Shown piece after piece: positions 12,291-24,920 of a stretch of 64,000 nt of DNA. The stretch covers positions 115,708,534 to 115,772,533 of the forward strand of contig NC_068985.1 of assembly GCF_001194135.2 (NCBI RefSeq), in the 5' to 3' direction. The notes below the pieces were generated by a model. It did not search any database and was not told where the DNA came from. It was given only the letters and a program-made list of their open reading frames with translations. Source of the stretch: Octopus bimaculoides. Taxonomy: Eukaryota. Each line of letters begins with the position of its first letter. Positions within the stretch are counted from its first letter, which is position 1. The position numbers and the translations under genes were made by a program.

Positions 12291-14741
12291 AATTTCTATT
12301 GTATACACACACACGTATACACACATTGTAACATATATATCCTCTAAAACAATGTTCATTGTTAAGGTATCGCATTTATAATTCAGTTGCATGAATATTT
12401 AATTCAATTATTTTAATACAATCCTGTTTGACCATCACTCACACAAACGAAATTTTCGACACACATTTTCAACGGATGAATCCTTGTTAGAGCTTATATA
12501 CATTTTCGAATTAACGCTTTGAAATGAATATACATTTTTAATGTGTTTTGTTTGCAATGTAATCGCATGAATTCTTCACTCATTAATTTTAATAGCTCAC
12601 ACTCATTATTTTCCCATTCAAACACATTTTTCTGCATAAATTTGTAAATTATTGTAGATATTTTTTTTTTCCATTCTCTCTCGTTATCGTGCAGTTCACC
12701 TCAACTCGGTCTTTGTTTTAAGGATTTTTTTTTTAAAGGAGCTCTATCGATCATGGTGTATTGAATTTCCTCACTATCGAAACAAAATGTTCTGTTACAA
12801 ATATTTTTTTCTTCCTACTCTATTCAGCATTAATTCCAAAAATCAGAAACGCGAATCCTGCAATTTCCAATACAATAAACTCAAAATCCTTACTTTAAAT
12901 CGACTACACACCCTTCTAATCTTCTGCAGGATATTTTTGACAACGTACACACACACACACACAAACACCGAAAGGATGAAGGCCAAAGTCGACTTCAGCG
13001 GAATTTGTCCGGAGATCTAACGATTCTGACAACCTACCGCCTTATAATGACGGGTTATAACAATCATTTACTAGAGCCGTAGATATTTGCCTGGTGGTAT
13101 TTAATACTGTTCTTATATTCCGATTTGAAATGCCACTGATGACATTTTTTGGGTAGGAGGGGTGCAGTTTATAAATTAATAATCAAGTACAGGTCATGAT
13201 GTACTCAAGTGTTACTACCTCAAAAATTTGCAACCTTCAACAAATATATACATACATATATCGGTATAGTTAGGAAAGTAGAAAAATCGCTTACAAATGA
13301 TAGGAATCAGATGGTTGCAGTCATAAGTGATCTCTCAGTAGAGACATTTCTAGTTGAAGTCGCTAAAAGCTATACTGAGGCCATTGCTGTTTTTTGGTGG
13401 CTATATGGGCCATGAGTTCAGGTAACCACTTACCCTAAACAGACAAATCTTAAGCAATCAAAAATTGATATGATAACCTCAAACTTTCCTACGCGTTTTT
13501 GGATACTGAATTGCTCTCTTGGCTACTAGCCCTTGCACACTGCTAATTTAGGTACCACTACCTTATTAGTGTGAACTCTTATTAAGAAATCTGTTTGGGG
13601 GAAATTGTCTGACCAGAATGCTAATTTCTTCTGCACCCATTAGCCTCATCAATATCATCAAACTCAGAGAGCAAGATAAGTTCATGGTCACAGCCTCATT
13701 ATCTCTCCTGCCTAACTTCATAAGGATATTAGACGTGCAGCCTATTGTTAAAGAGCCTAATTATAAAATCTTCTTTACATTGCTCATAGTATTTTATATT
13801 TACTTGTAAAACATATGTATTGTTTGATATTCATTTCATAATGTTTTCATTTCTTTTGTATTCAAGACTTACTGTTTCATATCTTACACAGCTTGAATCG
13901 TGTATTTGTTGCGTTTATCATGTTAAACATTTTCATATCATCATACGATTATATTTATTACATAATATTCTAAGGTATATCATAACTTAGATTTATGAAA
14001 TAGTCAATCATTGACTATCTCATAAATGTATGTGTGTATGTATGTATTTGAAAATACAGAAATGTTATATATGCTCTATATTGAAGAGATAATGTAGTAT
14101 GTGTCTCTTATAATTCTATTCATGTTTAATAGATTTATAGGAATATAAAATCGTACCCCTCTACTTGACAGGTATATATATATTTTGTGATTCCAGAAGA
14201 ATGGATGCCAAAGTTAATATCGATTGGATTTGAACTCACAAGTACAAACGATGTCATTTTCTCGGATGCCCCTAACGATTACGTTCACCACTATTTGTTT
14301 GACCGTCAATCGATAGTGCTAACCACATTTTGGATACTAATAAGCATGATAAGTAATAGTTATTTTTTCTGTAGTCATAAAGCTAGAAATTTTAAGGGGA
14401 AGAACGAGTCAATTGCATCAACCCCAATGCTCAAATGATACTTATTTTATCGACGCCGAAAGGATGAAAGGCTAAGTTAACTTTGACGGAGTTTGTCCAG
14501 CGAGCTAAAAATTCTAGCAGCTTGCAATCTTAACTTGATGAGTAATAATAAATATATGCTATAACTGTTGTAATCTCGCTGGCGTTATTTAAAACTGTCT
14601 TTATATTCAAATTTGAAATCCTACTGACACCATTTTTGGGCAATTTATAAGATAATAGTTAAGTACAGTTGACGATGTACTAAAATATCACTACTTCAAA
14701 AGCACATAGCCTTTATATATGTAACCTATGTAAGAAATATA

Positions 14742-15040
14742 CTTTTATTCTTTTACTCGTTTCAGTCATTTGACTGCGGCCGTGTTGAAGCACCACCTTA
14801 AAGGGTTTTGGTTGAGGAAATCAACCCCAGGACTTATTCTATCGGTTGTTTTTACCGAACCGCTATGCTACGCTGATATAAACACACCAGCATCGGTTGT
14901 CAAGAGATGGTGTGTATGTGAGGAGGTGTGACAAATCCACTCAGAAGGCTTTGGTCGGCCTGATGCTATAGTAGAAGACACTTGCCCAAGGTGCCAAGCA
15001 GTGGGACTGAATCAGGAACCATCTAGTTGGGAAGCAAATT
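14742..15040 (-). mobile_element. SINE family A, internally deleted
   Basis: Reverse complement of tail (TTTCAGTCATTTGACTGCGGCC) and head (CACTTGCCCAAGGTGCC). Confidence 0.8.
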
Positions 15041-15074
15041 TATCTATTTATCCGTAGATTGAAAGAACGCCGAA

Positions 15075-15124
15075 GAGCCTTAATCGATTTTCGAACGTTA
15101 TTGGGTTATTTCATCAGAAGTGTC
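15075..15124 (-). ncRNA. Degenerate minimal hammerhead-like motif with canonical CUGAUGA core
   Basis: GACACTT-CTGATGA-aatAAC(ccaataac)GTTc-GAA-AATCGATT-A-AGGCTC; 8-nt palindromic helix III; stems I and II partly mismatched. Confidence 0.4.
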
Positions 15125-15382
15125 TGCATCACCCGATCAATTCAATTGAAACAAGCAGCCAATCTGTTTGTACACTAAACAAATCCAATTGCGTCAAAGA
15201 ACTGGAGCTACTAGTTTGGGCATTGTAAATGTTTACACTTTATTCAATAACCAGGGCCTGTCAACGGAGCTCTTAGTCCCTACAGTATCAAGGCATGGTA
15301 TATTAATATATGTAGTAGATATATAATCAGGGTGAGTTTACCTATTTTTCCGTAAACTAAAAAAAAACCCCAAAATCTCGTA

Positions 15383-15537
15383 GCTGTGTGATAAGTAGCT
15401 TGCTTCCCAACCATATGGTTCCGAGTTCAGTCCCACCGCGTGGCACCTTGGGCAAGTGTCTTCCACTATAACCTCGACCCCACCAATGCCTTGTGACTGG
15501 ATTTCATAGACGGAAACTGAAAGATGCCCGTCGTATA
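15383..15537 (+). mobile_element. SINE family A 5' half running into (TA)n and a gap
   Basis: GCTGTGTGATAAGTAGCTTGC...GGAAACTGAAAGATGCCCGTCG then TA repeats. Confidence 0.85.
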
Positions 15538-15909
15538 TAAATATATATATATATATANNNNNNNNNNNNNNNNNNNNNNNNNNNNNNNNNNNNNNNNNNN
15601 NNNNNNNNNNNNNNNNNNNNNNNNNNNNNNNNNNNNNNNNNNNNNNNNNNNNNNNNNNNNNNNNNNNNNNNNNNNNNNNNNNNNNNNNNNNNNNNNNNNN
15701 NNNNNNNNNNNNNNNNNNNNNNNNNNNNNNNNNNNNNNNNNNNNNNNNNNNNNNNNNNNNNNNNNNNNNNNNNNNNNNNNNNNNNNNNNNNNNNNNNNNN
15801 NNNNNNNNNNNNNNNNNNNNNNNNNNNNNNNNNNNNNNNNNNNNNNNNNNNNNNNNNNNNNNNNNNNNNNNNNNNNNNNNNNNNNNNNNNNNNNNNNNNN
15901 NNNNNNNNN

Positions 15910-15953
<44 letters not shown>

Positions 15954-15954
15954 C

Positions 15955-16148
15955 ATTTCTACTACAGGCACAAGTCCTGAAATCTTGGCAAAGGAGTTAT
16001 GTCGATTACATGAATCTCAATTCTCAACTGGTACTTATTTTATCGATCTCCGAAAGAATAAAAGGCAAAATCGACCTTGGAGGAACATGAACTCAGAAAG
16101 AAAAGACAGACGAATTACCGCTAAGCATTTAACCCGGCGTGCTAACGT
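15955..16148 (-). mobile_element. SINE family B with (ATT)n tail
   Basis: Family match; (AAT)n at 15911-15952 is the tail on the minus strand. Confidence 0.85.
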
Positions 16149-17532
16149 CCCTCCTCAAAAATAACAATGAGCAGTGTTAAGTGAGTTTCGAATCATATTA
16201 GGTTTCGCTTGAGTTGTGTCGCTGTCATTTGAACAATACCAGTTAAATAAGTAGCTAATCTGTTAACATACTTAACAAATCCAGTTACTACAGAAAACTG
16301 AAACAATTAATTGGAATACTGTAAATGTTTAGCATTCTATTTCATATGAATGAGGATCTCAGTGCTGACAATGTTAAAGTATGATACCATATATTGACCT
16401 ACGAAGTAGATATATATTTTAGACATCTATATTATTTTAGTTCATAAAGATTCTAACTGTCACACACTTTACTGTTTCAGATTAAATACCTTATTCTATT
16501 AAGATACATTCCTTTTACTCTTTCTCCCACTTTCTGGCATGATAACATAGCTACCAAGCAAATGCCTTGGTGTGGACGACCAATTACATCGTCTTCACCC
16601 TACATTTTTCCTTCTTAATATATCTAATCAAAACATCAATCGCGTTGACGTCATTGACCTGTAAGCTCCTCAAAATCCTGCGGCCAGTTCTCCACATTCC
16701 CGAACGGAAATATGAAAAAAAAAAGAAGAGAAAAAAAGAAGAAGAAAAAAAGAAAAATATTATTTCATCAACAGAAAATTATTTTAGCATGTGAAGCAGA
16801 AATACGTTCTGCTAATTTACACATACATACACAACAGACAAGCCGAATAGTGAAGAGATATCCTCAGAGGGTGAATTATATATCTGCCTCACTGACCGAA
16901 ACGATCATTTTGCTTCTTGCAATAATAAGCACCCCTTTTTGATTAGATTAGATGCAGAAGTAATTGCTGACGGGTAAGCAGATCGAAGCACTACGACCAA
17001 AACAACTTAACTGCCAAGTCAACTAAGTAGATAGTGGTTATCAGTAGGAGATGCTTCCCATGGCAGTATATATTCACCGTTGAATCGACAAGGGTTTCGA
17101 TAAGTCCAAGTGGCCAAATTAATATATAACAATCTCTGAGAATTCAGCAAAAGAACGGGAGACTATAGCTCGGTTACTTTCGCTAGAACCACCCAATGAC
17201 ATAGGAGTTGTTAACATGTACAGCTCTAAGATGGGAAAGTATGGCATTCATGACATGCTGTTCGCTCCTTCCCAGTAATTATATTTGCAATTATAGGGGA
17301 ATTTCTCCACCCAAATAGTACCCACTTCTTAACTGTGGTTCAGCATACACTCCTCACGCTATGTATATATCTATTTGGGATTACGAGACAGAGGCACAGG
17401 CACACATGCAAACACAGACATAATCTGGAGATAAAATGGGGTAACCTTATACACACACACACACACACACACATATAAATACATATATACACAATCATAT
17501 CTATGGGCGCGTGTGTATATAAATGCATACGT

Positions 17533-17586
<54 letters not shown>

Positions 17587-18799
17587 NNNNNNNNNNNNNN
17601 NNNNNNNNNNNNNNNNNNNNNNNNNNNNNNNNNNNNNNNNNNNNNNNNNNNNNNNNNNNNNNNNNNNNNNNNNNNNNNNNNNNNNNNNNNNNNNNNNNNN
17701 NNNNNNNNNNNNNNNNNNNNNNNNNNNNNNNNNNNNNNNNNNNNNNNNNNNNNNNNNNNNNNNNNNNNNNNNNNNNNNNNNNNNNNNNNNNNNNNNNNNN
17801 NNNNNNNNNNNNNNNNNNNNNNNNNNNNNNNNNNNNNNNNNNNNNNNNNNNNNNNNNNNNNNNNNNNNNNNNNNNNNNNNNNNNNNNNNNNNNNNNNNNN
17901 NNNNNNNNNNNNNNNNNNNNNNNNNNNNNNNNNNNNNNNNNNNNNNNNNNNNNNNNNNNNNNNNNNNNNNNNNNNNNNNNNNNNNNNNNNNNNNNNNNNN
18001 NNNNNNNNNNNNNNNNNNNNNNNNNNNNNNNNNNNNNNNNNNNNNNNNNNNNNNNNNNNNNNNNNNNNNNNNNNNNNNNNNNNNNNNNNNNNNNNNNNNN
18101 NNNNNNNNNNNNNNNNNNNNNNNNNNNNNNNNNNNNNNNNNNNNNNNNNNNNNNNNNNNNNNNNNNNNNNNNNNNNNNNNNNNNNNNNNNNNNNNNNNNN
18201 NNNNNNNNNNNNNNNNNNNNNNNNNNNNNNNNNNNNNNNNNNNNNNNNNNNNNNNNNNNNNNNNNNNNNNNNNNNNNNNNNNNNNNNNNNNNNNNNNNNN
18301 NNNNNNNNNNNNNNNNNNNNNNNNNNNNNNNNNNNNNNNNNNNNNNNNNNNNNNNNNNNNNNNNNNNNNNNNNNNNNNNNNNNNNNNNNNNNNNNNNNNN
18401 NNNNNNNNNNNNNNNNNNNNNNNNNNNNNNNNNNNNNNNNNNNNNNNNNNNNNNNNNNNNNNNNNNNNNNNNNNNNNNNNNNNNNTATATATATATATAT
18501 ATATATGCATGTGTCTATATGTATGTATACGTAGATAATCACTTACGTGTTTAGACATGCATAGAAACACACTTGTACATACAAGCTTATATAGTAATGT
18601 GTTTTTATGTAGCTTTCCATAAAAAAAAATGTCGTATATTAATTGACGGTACATTCAGTATATTGAAGCAGAATATCACATTTAACTTCAGAAGTAATTG
18701 TTTGACAGTGACTTTCGTTCTTATATTTTTTCCCTCGTTTCTAATTGCCTTCATTTACATGAGATAAAATGTGGCGAAGCCATACGTTGGTACAAGTTG

Positions 18800-19420
18800 C
18801 TTTAAAAAAAAAAAATGCTCTTTTATTCAAAATTCTTGATAAACTTTGTTGTCTGTACAGATTTGTCAGAAAATAAGTACAAACAATGAAGCAATATCAA
18901 CATGGCACTTTTTCTATAGAATTCTCAAATCTTCATCTTATAAGGCGTCACCATTTGCTTGAACTGAGTAGACGGTTTTCGATATTTGCATGTATTTTGT
19001 ATGACTCGAGGTCGAACCGTTCCTTTAAGGAAAGGAAGGATATGACATGAACACTGAAATAAATTTCACGATAATTGTATTTTGGTGTCGGAGATGATGG
19101 ATTTAAGTAGAGAGTTAAGTTCTTTCCATAACATCATGCGCGGCATAATTTGACCTTCGTGTTTTCTTCCGTTCCAAAGTTGGTTTTAAGTCATTCATTG
19201 CTGACTAATCGTATTTTGAATGTAATACATATGAAATAAAAAAAAATGTCTCGTATCATTTGTGTTTTCTTCTTTCAATGATGCTGACATATAGGAAATG
19301 TGATTGTATAAAATGGCTGCAAATCATCAATGCTATCTGGAATTCTAAGTTTCATAAGGCCCTGTTACTTAATTTCCTTGGCCTAGAAGTGATTAAAATT
19401 ACAATAATCCTCCTGAACTG
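18800..19420 (+). mobile_element. Very decayed mariner-like transposase relic
   Basis: Weak colinear echoes of KLDKWVPHDLSEN (LDK..DLSENK), WILYDN (CILYDS), VWW (VFWC) and LLHDNA; many stops. Confidence 0.3.
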
Positions 19421-19732
19421 GTAGTCAGTCCCTCGCAAGGGTTCTCATTTACAGCTAACTGCAGCAGAGTAACATGATAGGCATTACTTTGTTCTAGAAG
19501 ATCACATGTGCTCTTGGAATCGAAACTACAAGTTTTACCCACACTTTTTTGAAATATTGCTCAAATGCAATATTTTATACCGGTTTCAAATTCCGCTGAG
19601 GTGGATTTCGCATTTCATTCTTTCGGGATCGAAAAAAATAAGTACCAGTCAGGAACTAGGGTCGATGTGCTCTTTCACCCGAAATTGTTACCTTTGTGCC
19701 AAAATTTGAAACCAACATTTTAGACAGTTTTT

Positions 19733-20100
19733 TAAGGCGGTGAGCCGGTAGGACCGTTAGTACGCTGGGCAGAATGTTTTGTGGCGTTTCGTCCGTCCTT
19801 ACGTTGTGAGTTCAAATACCACCGAGGTTGACATTGCATTTTATCCTTTCGGGGTCGATGAATTAAATACCAGTTAAGCACTGGGGTTAATATAATCGTC
19901 TTAGCCCGTCCCATGCAATTGCTTCCTTTGCGTCAAACTTTGAAACTAATATTTTAGACAGGATTTAAGGCGGATATCCGGCAGAATCGCAAGCACGCCA
20001 GGGAAATTGATTAGCAGCATATGGTCTGTCCTTATGCTCCGAGTTCCAAAGCACTGAAGTCGACTTTACCTTTTATCTTTTCGGGGTCGATGAAATAAAA
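19733..20100 (+). mobile_element. Two tandem SINE family B copies
   Basis: AAGGCGGTGAGCCGG... and AAGGCGGATATCCGGCAGAATCG... heads with the central domain. Confidence 0.8.
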
Positions 20101-20110
20101 ATCAGCTGAG

Positions 20111-20510
20111 AGGCTATGGGGTAAGTAGCTTGTCCACCAACCACATGGTTCCGGGTTCAGTCCCATTGCGTGACACGTTGGGCAAGTGGCTTCTACTATA
20201 GCCTCGGGTCGACCAAAGCCTTGTGAGTGGATTTGCTTGACGGAAACTGAAAGAAGCCCGTCGTATATATGTATATATATATATATATGTATGTGTATAT
20301 GTTTGTATGTCTGTGTCTGTCCCCCCAAACCATTACTTGACAATCGTTGCTGGTGTGTTTACGTCCCCGTAACTTAGCGGTTCGGCAAAAAGTGACCGAT
20401 AAAATAAGTACCAGGCATACAAAGAATAAGTCCTGGGGTCGATTTTCTCGACTATAGGTGGTGCTCCAGCATGGCCGCAGTCAAATGACTGAAAGAAGTA
20501 AATGAGTAAA
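20111..20510 (+). mobile_element. SINE family A, near full length
   Basis: All family segments present, with internal TA/TG tract at about 20263-20320. Confidence 0.9.
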
Positions 20511-20784
20511 TGATTAAATGAGCAATGGGGTCGATGTTATAAACTCACCCTTCCTCACGAAATACCTTTATGTCAACATTTGAAAATATTTTAGACAGGT
20601 TGTCTACCTGCTTCTCAAGATGTTTACTTCACTTTCACCAGCGTATGGAACTTGAATCATTTCAACAACCTTATTTCATCGGAAAATGGATTTTTCAAAT
20701 TTGAGAGAACGTTTTACATATTCTAATTATTTTTGAGTTCTAAAAATTTTTTTTTAATTTTTTCCGTAAGTATTCTCGTCTATT

Positions 20785-20935
20785 CTAGGCACACTGTCCG
20801 AAATTTTGGGGGTGGGGGCCAGTCGATTTGATCGACCCCAGTAAGCAACTGGTACTTAATTTATCGATCCCGAAAGGATGAAAGGTAAAGTCGACTTCGG
20901 TGGAATTTGAACTCAGAACGTATAGACAGACGAAT
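20785..20935 (-). mobile_element. SINE family B fragment
   Basis: GATCCCGAAAGGATGAAAGGTAAAGTCGACTTCGGTGGAATTTGAACTCAGAACG. Confidence 0.85.
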
Positions 20936-22762
20936 TTTTCCGTAAGTTTCTTTGTGCTTTTCTTTAATATAATCATTAGATGTTGTTTGATGTAAATGAA
21001 TAAGGTAACATCCCCTTTTTTTCTGGTATGTAATGCTGTATCCATTTGAAACCAACAGGGATCACTTCAGCGGCGAACCCACGATAGTCGTTTCGAATTT
21101 GTAATTTGTGTCACGACAAAATAGCTGTTTAACAAGATCACTTGAATCTAATTCATTTTCGGGAATGTCAATTGTCTGATAATTAGACATTTCGAAGTCA
21201 TCCGTAGTGTGTGTAAAGGTATTTGGATTGGAAATCGAGTTATAATTTGGCAACAACCATCATAGTTCACAGATAAAAACCATATGCGTCTGTGTCTGTG
21301 TGTGTTTGTGTGTGTGTGTGCTCATGAATGTCCTTGTGTTTGTCACTCTCCACTGCTTGACAACCGGTGTTGGTGAGTTTACTTCACTGTAAAAGCGACA
21401 GATATAATTAGTACCAGTCTTAAAGGAAAAGTAACTGCTGGGGTCATAGTGTGATCACTGAAACAGTCATGTTGCCCCAGCATTGCCGTAGTCTAATGTT
21501 CGAAACAGACAAAAAAAAAGAAAAAAAACAAATGAGTGAAAATAAGAGGGCAAATAATTCTCAGAAACCATATTTCAGCCAGCAGGTGGGTATTCCTCAT
21601 TAGAATCCTGTGTACTTAATAAAATATTTAAGAACGCTTCAATGACGTGAAATACGGTTGGTTTCAATTCCGTAAATATAATGCGCCAGAGTGAAATTAA
21701 TTACAGTATTCTGTGTGAAAATATTAATTACAAAATAATAAAAATTTCTACTTGGATCCTCAACATACCAGAAACAGCAACAATGTTCAGGAAAAACTTA
21801 AGCAAATAAATTCCTCCAAAGTATTTTACTTCGTGTAAAAAAGCATTGTTTAAAACGTAAGAATATTAATGCTAATATATATAATATTTTGGTCATTATA
21901 TGTGTGTCTATATACACCCACACGCACGTTTGTGTGTGTGTGTGCACGTGCATGATCATGTGTGTGTGTATGTGTGTGACAGAGGCATATAGTTGGAGGA
22001 GTACCCCATTCAGGGGAAAAATACTTTATTTGTGTGTATACAATGCGACCATTGCATATATCAGGCGTTTCACTTAAAACACTGGTAATCCGTCACTATT
22101 TTGGATATAATTACATGCGAACATACACAAACATACATATATATGTACACACACAAACACATATGTATATATATATATATATATNNNNNNNNNNNNNNNN
22201 NNNNNNNNNNNNNNNNNNNNNNNNNNNNNNNNNNNNNNNNNNNNNNNNNNNNNNNNNNNNNNNNNNNNNNNNNNNNNNNNNNNNNNNNNNNNNNNNNNNN
22301 NNNNNNNNNNNNNNNNNNNNNNNNNNNNNNNNNNNNNNNNNNNNNNNNNNNNNNNNNNNNNNNNNNNNNNNNNNNNNNNNNNNNNNNNNNNNNNNNNNNN
22401 NNNNNNNNNNNNNNNNNNNNNNNNNNNNNNNNNNNNNNNNNNNNNNNNNNNNNNNNNNNNNNNNNNNNNNNNNNNNNNNNNNNNNNNNNNNNNNNNNNNN
22501 NNNNNNNNNNNNNNNNNNNNNNNNNNNNNNNNNNNNNNNNNNNNNNNNNNNNNNNNNNNNNNNNNNNNNNNNNNNNNNNNNNNNNNNNNNNNNNNNNNNN
22601 NNNNNNNNNNNNNNNNNNNNNNNNNNNNNNNNNNNNNNNNNNNNNNNNNNNNNNNNNNNNNNNNNNNNNNNNNNNNNNNNNNNNNNNNNNNNNNNNNNNN
22701 NNNNNNNNNNNNNNNNNNNNNNNNNNNNNNNNNNNNNNNNNNNNNNNNNNNNNNNNNNNNNG

Positions 22763-23110
22763 TGTATGTGTGTGACAGAGGCATATAGTTGGAGGAGTAC
22801 CCCATTCAGGGGAAAAATACTTTATTTGTGTGTATACAATGCGACCATTGCATATATCAGGCGTTTCACTTAAAACACTGGTAATCCGTCACTATTTTGG
22901 ATATAATTACATGCGAACATACACAAACATACATATATATGTATGTTTGTGTATGTTCGCATGTAATTATATCCAAAATAGTGACGGATTACCAGTGTTT
23001 TAAGTGAAACGCCTGATATATGCAATGGTCGCATTGTATACACACAAATAAAGTATTTTTCCCCTGAATGGGGTACTCCTCCAACTATATGCCTCTGTCA
23101 CACACATACA
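22763..23110. repeat. Perfect 348-bp palindrome centred on a (TA) tract, with a third identical copy at about 21966-22140 (likely assembly artefact)
   Basis: Arms are exact reverse complements, start at a gap edge and fold at self-complementary TA repeats. Confidence 0.85.
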
Positions 23111-23269
23111 GCTGTAAGACTTCATACATAAAATATAATTCTAACGTTGCCATTGGTCTCTTTATCTTTTTCTTTCTTTATACATACACACGCTAATAAA
23201 CGACCTATGTTATATTCCCCACTCATGTTGCTACAACGACAGGGGTATAACTAGTCGGTNNNNNNNNNN

Positions 23270-23304
<35 letters not shown>

Positions 23305-24768
23305 AACACACACACACTTATATATATAAATGAGCATCTAAGACATGTAAATTTAATGAAAGAAGCAGTATAGATTACGTAATTCTAACGAGATATGTAA
23401 TTCGATTCCATACGTTACAATAAAATTAATAAAAACGAAAGAAATATACTTTTCCCGACTATAGGACAAAAAGTAAATAAAAACTAGAATTAAAATGTCG
23501 GCCTGATCGTTCCGTTATCTTCCTACATTCAAAAATATTTTAATTTCCAACAATGACTTTCAGCGTATAGTGTAGTATTTATATAGCGTTTCATATTTTT
23601 AGTCACACTATGTAAATATATTGCTCAGAGAAACAGACGTGCTACAAAGATCTAGGAAAATACATTCGGAGACTTTGATGACAAATTATAAAACTGCTAG
23701 CTTAGAATAAAATATGGAACAATACGACATAACTGGATTGGAATGTTCATCTTTTGTGCAAACCAAAAAGAAACTGTGAACTATTCAAATATTCATTGTA
23801 ATATATAGATGACAGAGCATGCAAACGCTGTGAAATAAAGTTTATATATATATNNNNNNNNNNNNNNNNNNNNNNNNNNNNNNNNNNNNNNNNNNNNNNN
23901 NNNNNNNNNNNNNNNNNNNNNNNNNNNNNNNNNNNNNNNNNNNNNNNNNNNNNNNNNNNNNNNNNNNNNNNNNNNNNNNNNNNNNNNNNNNNNNNNNNNN
24001 NNNNNNNNNNNNNNNNNNNNNNNNNNNNNNNNNNNNNNNNNNNNNNNNNNNNNNNNNNNNNNNNNNNNNNNNNNNNNNNNNNNNNNNNNNNNNNNNNNNN
24101 NNNNNNNNNNNNNNNNNNNNNNNNNNNNNNNNNNNNNNNNNNNNNNNNNNNNNNNNNNNNNNNNNNNNNNNNNNNNNNNNNNNNNNNNNNNNNNNNNNNN
24201 NNNNNNNNNNNNNNNNNNNNNNNNNNNNNNNNNNNNNNNNNNNNNNNNNNNNNNNNNNNNNNNNNNNNNNNNNNNNNNNNNNNNNNNNNNNNNNNNNNNN
24301 NNNNNNNNNNNNNNNNNNNNNNNNNNNNNNNNNNNNNNNNNNNNNNNNNNNNNNNNNNNNNNNNNNNNNNNNNNNNNNNNNNNNNNNNNNNNNNNNNNNN
24401 NNNNNNNNNNNNNNNNNNNNNNNNNNNNNNNNNNNNNNNNNNNNNNNNNNNNNNNNNNNNNNNNNNNNNNNNNNNNNNNNNNNNNNNNNNNNNNNNNNNN
24501 NNNNNNNNNNNNNNNNNNNNNNNNNNNNNNNNNNNNNNNNNNNNNNNNNNNNNNNNNNNNNNNNNNNNNNNNNNNNNNNNNNNNNNNNNNNNNNNNNNNN
24601 NNNNNNNNNNNNNNNNNNNNNNNNNNNNNNNNNNNNNNNNNNNNNNNNNNNNNNNNNNNNNNNNNNNNNNNNNNNNNNNNNNNNNNNNNNNNNNNNNNNN
24701 NNNNNNNNNNNNNNNNNNNTATATTCATACATATATATATTTATATATACATATATATATATATATAT

Positions 24769-24920
24769 CGAAACGTCTAGTTAGAATAGAGACAGCTGAT
24801 GAAGGAATATTCCAAGTGGCTTTCCGTTTTCCTATGTGTTCGTTCCGTTGTCTGTAGTTCATTGTTCTAACGTCCTGTACCCTGATATGCATATATATAC
24901 ACATGTAGATGTAAGTATGT
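24769..24920 (+). repeat. Short dispersed repeat (GCTGATGAAGGAA...CTGTACCC(T/A)GATATGCA...), possibly a Penelope-like terminus; other copies at about 38680-38860 (+) and 30620-30755 (-)
   Basis: Three homologous segments in the window. Confidence 0.65.

Noticed and set aside
16560-16720. Minus-strand exon candidate after a long pyrimidine tract
   Set aside because: No usable donor; loosely resembles the RT QAGFR...KAFD region.
22763-23110. Perfect 348-bp palindrome as a biological cruciform
   Set aside because: Zero mismatches, folds at a self-complementary (TA) tract, begins at a gap edge and has a third identical copy before the gap; typical short-read mis-assembly.
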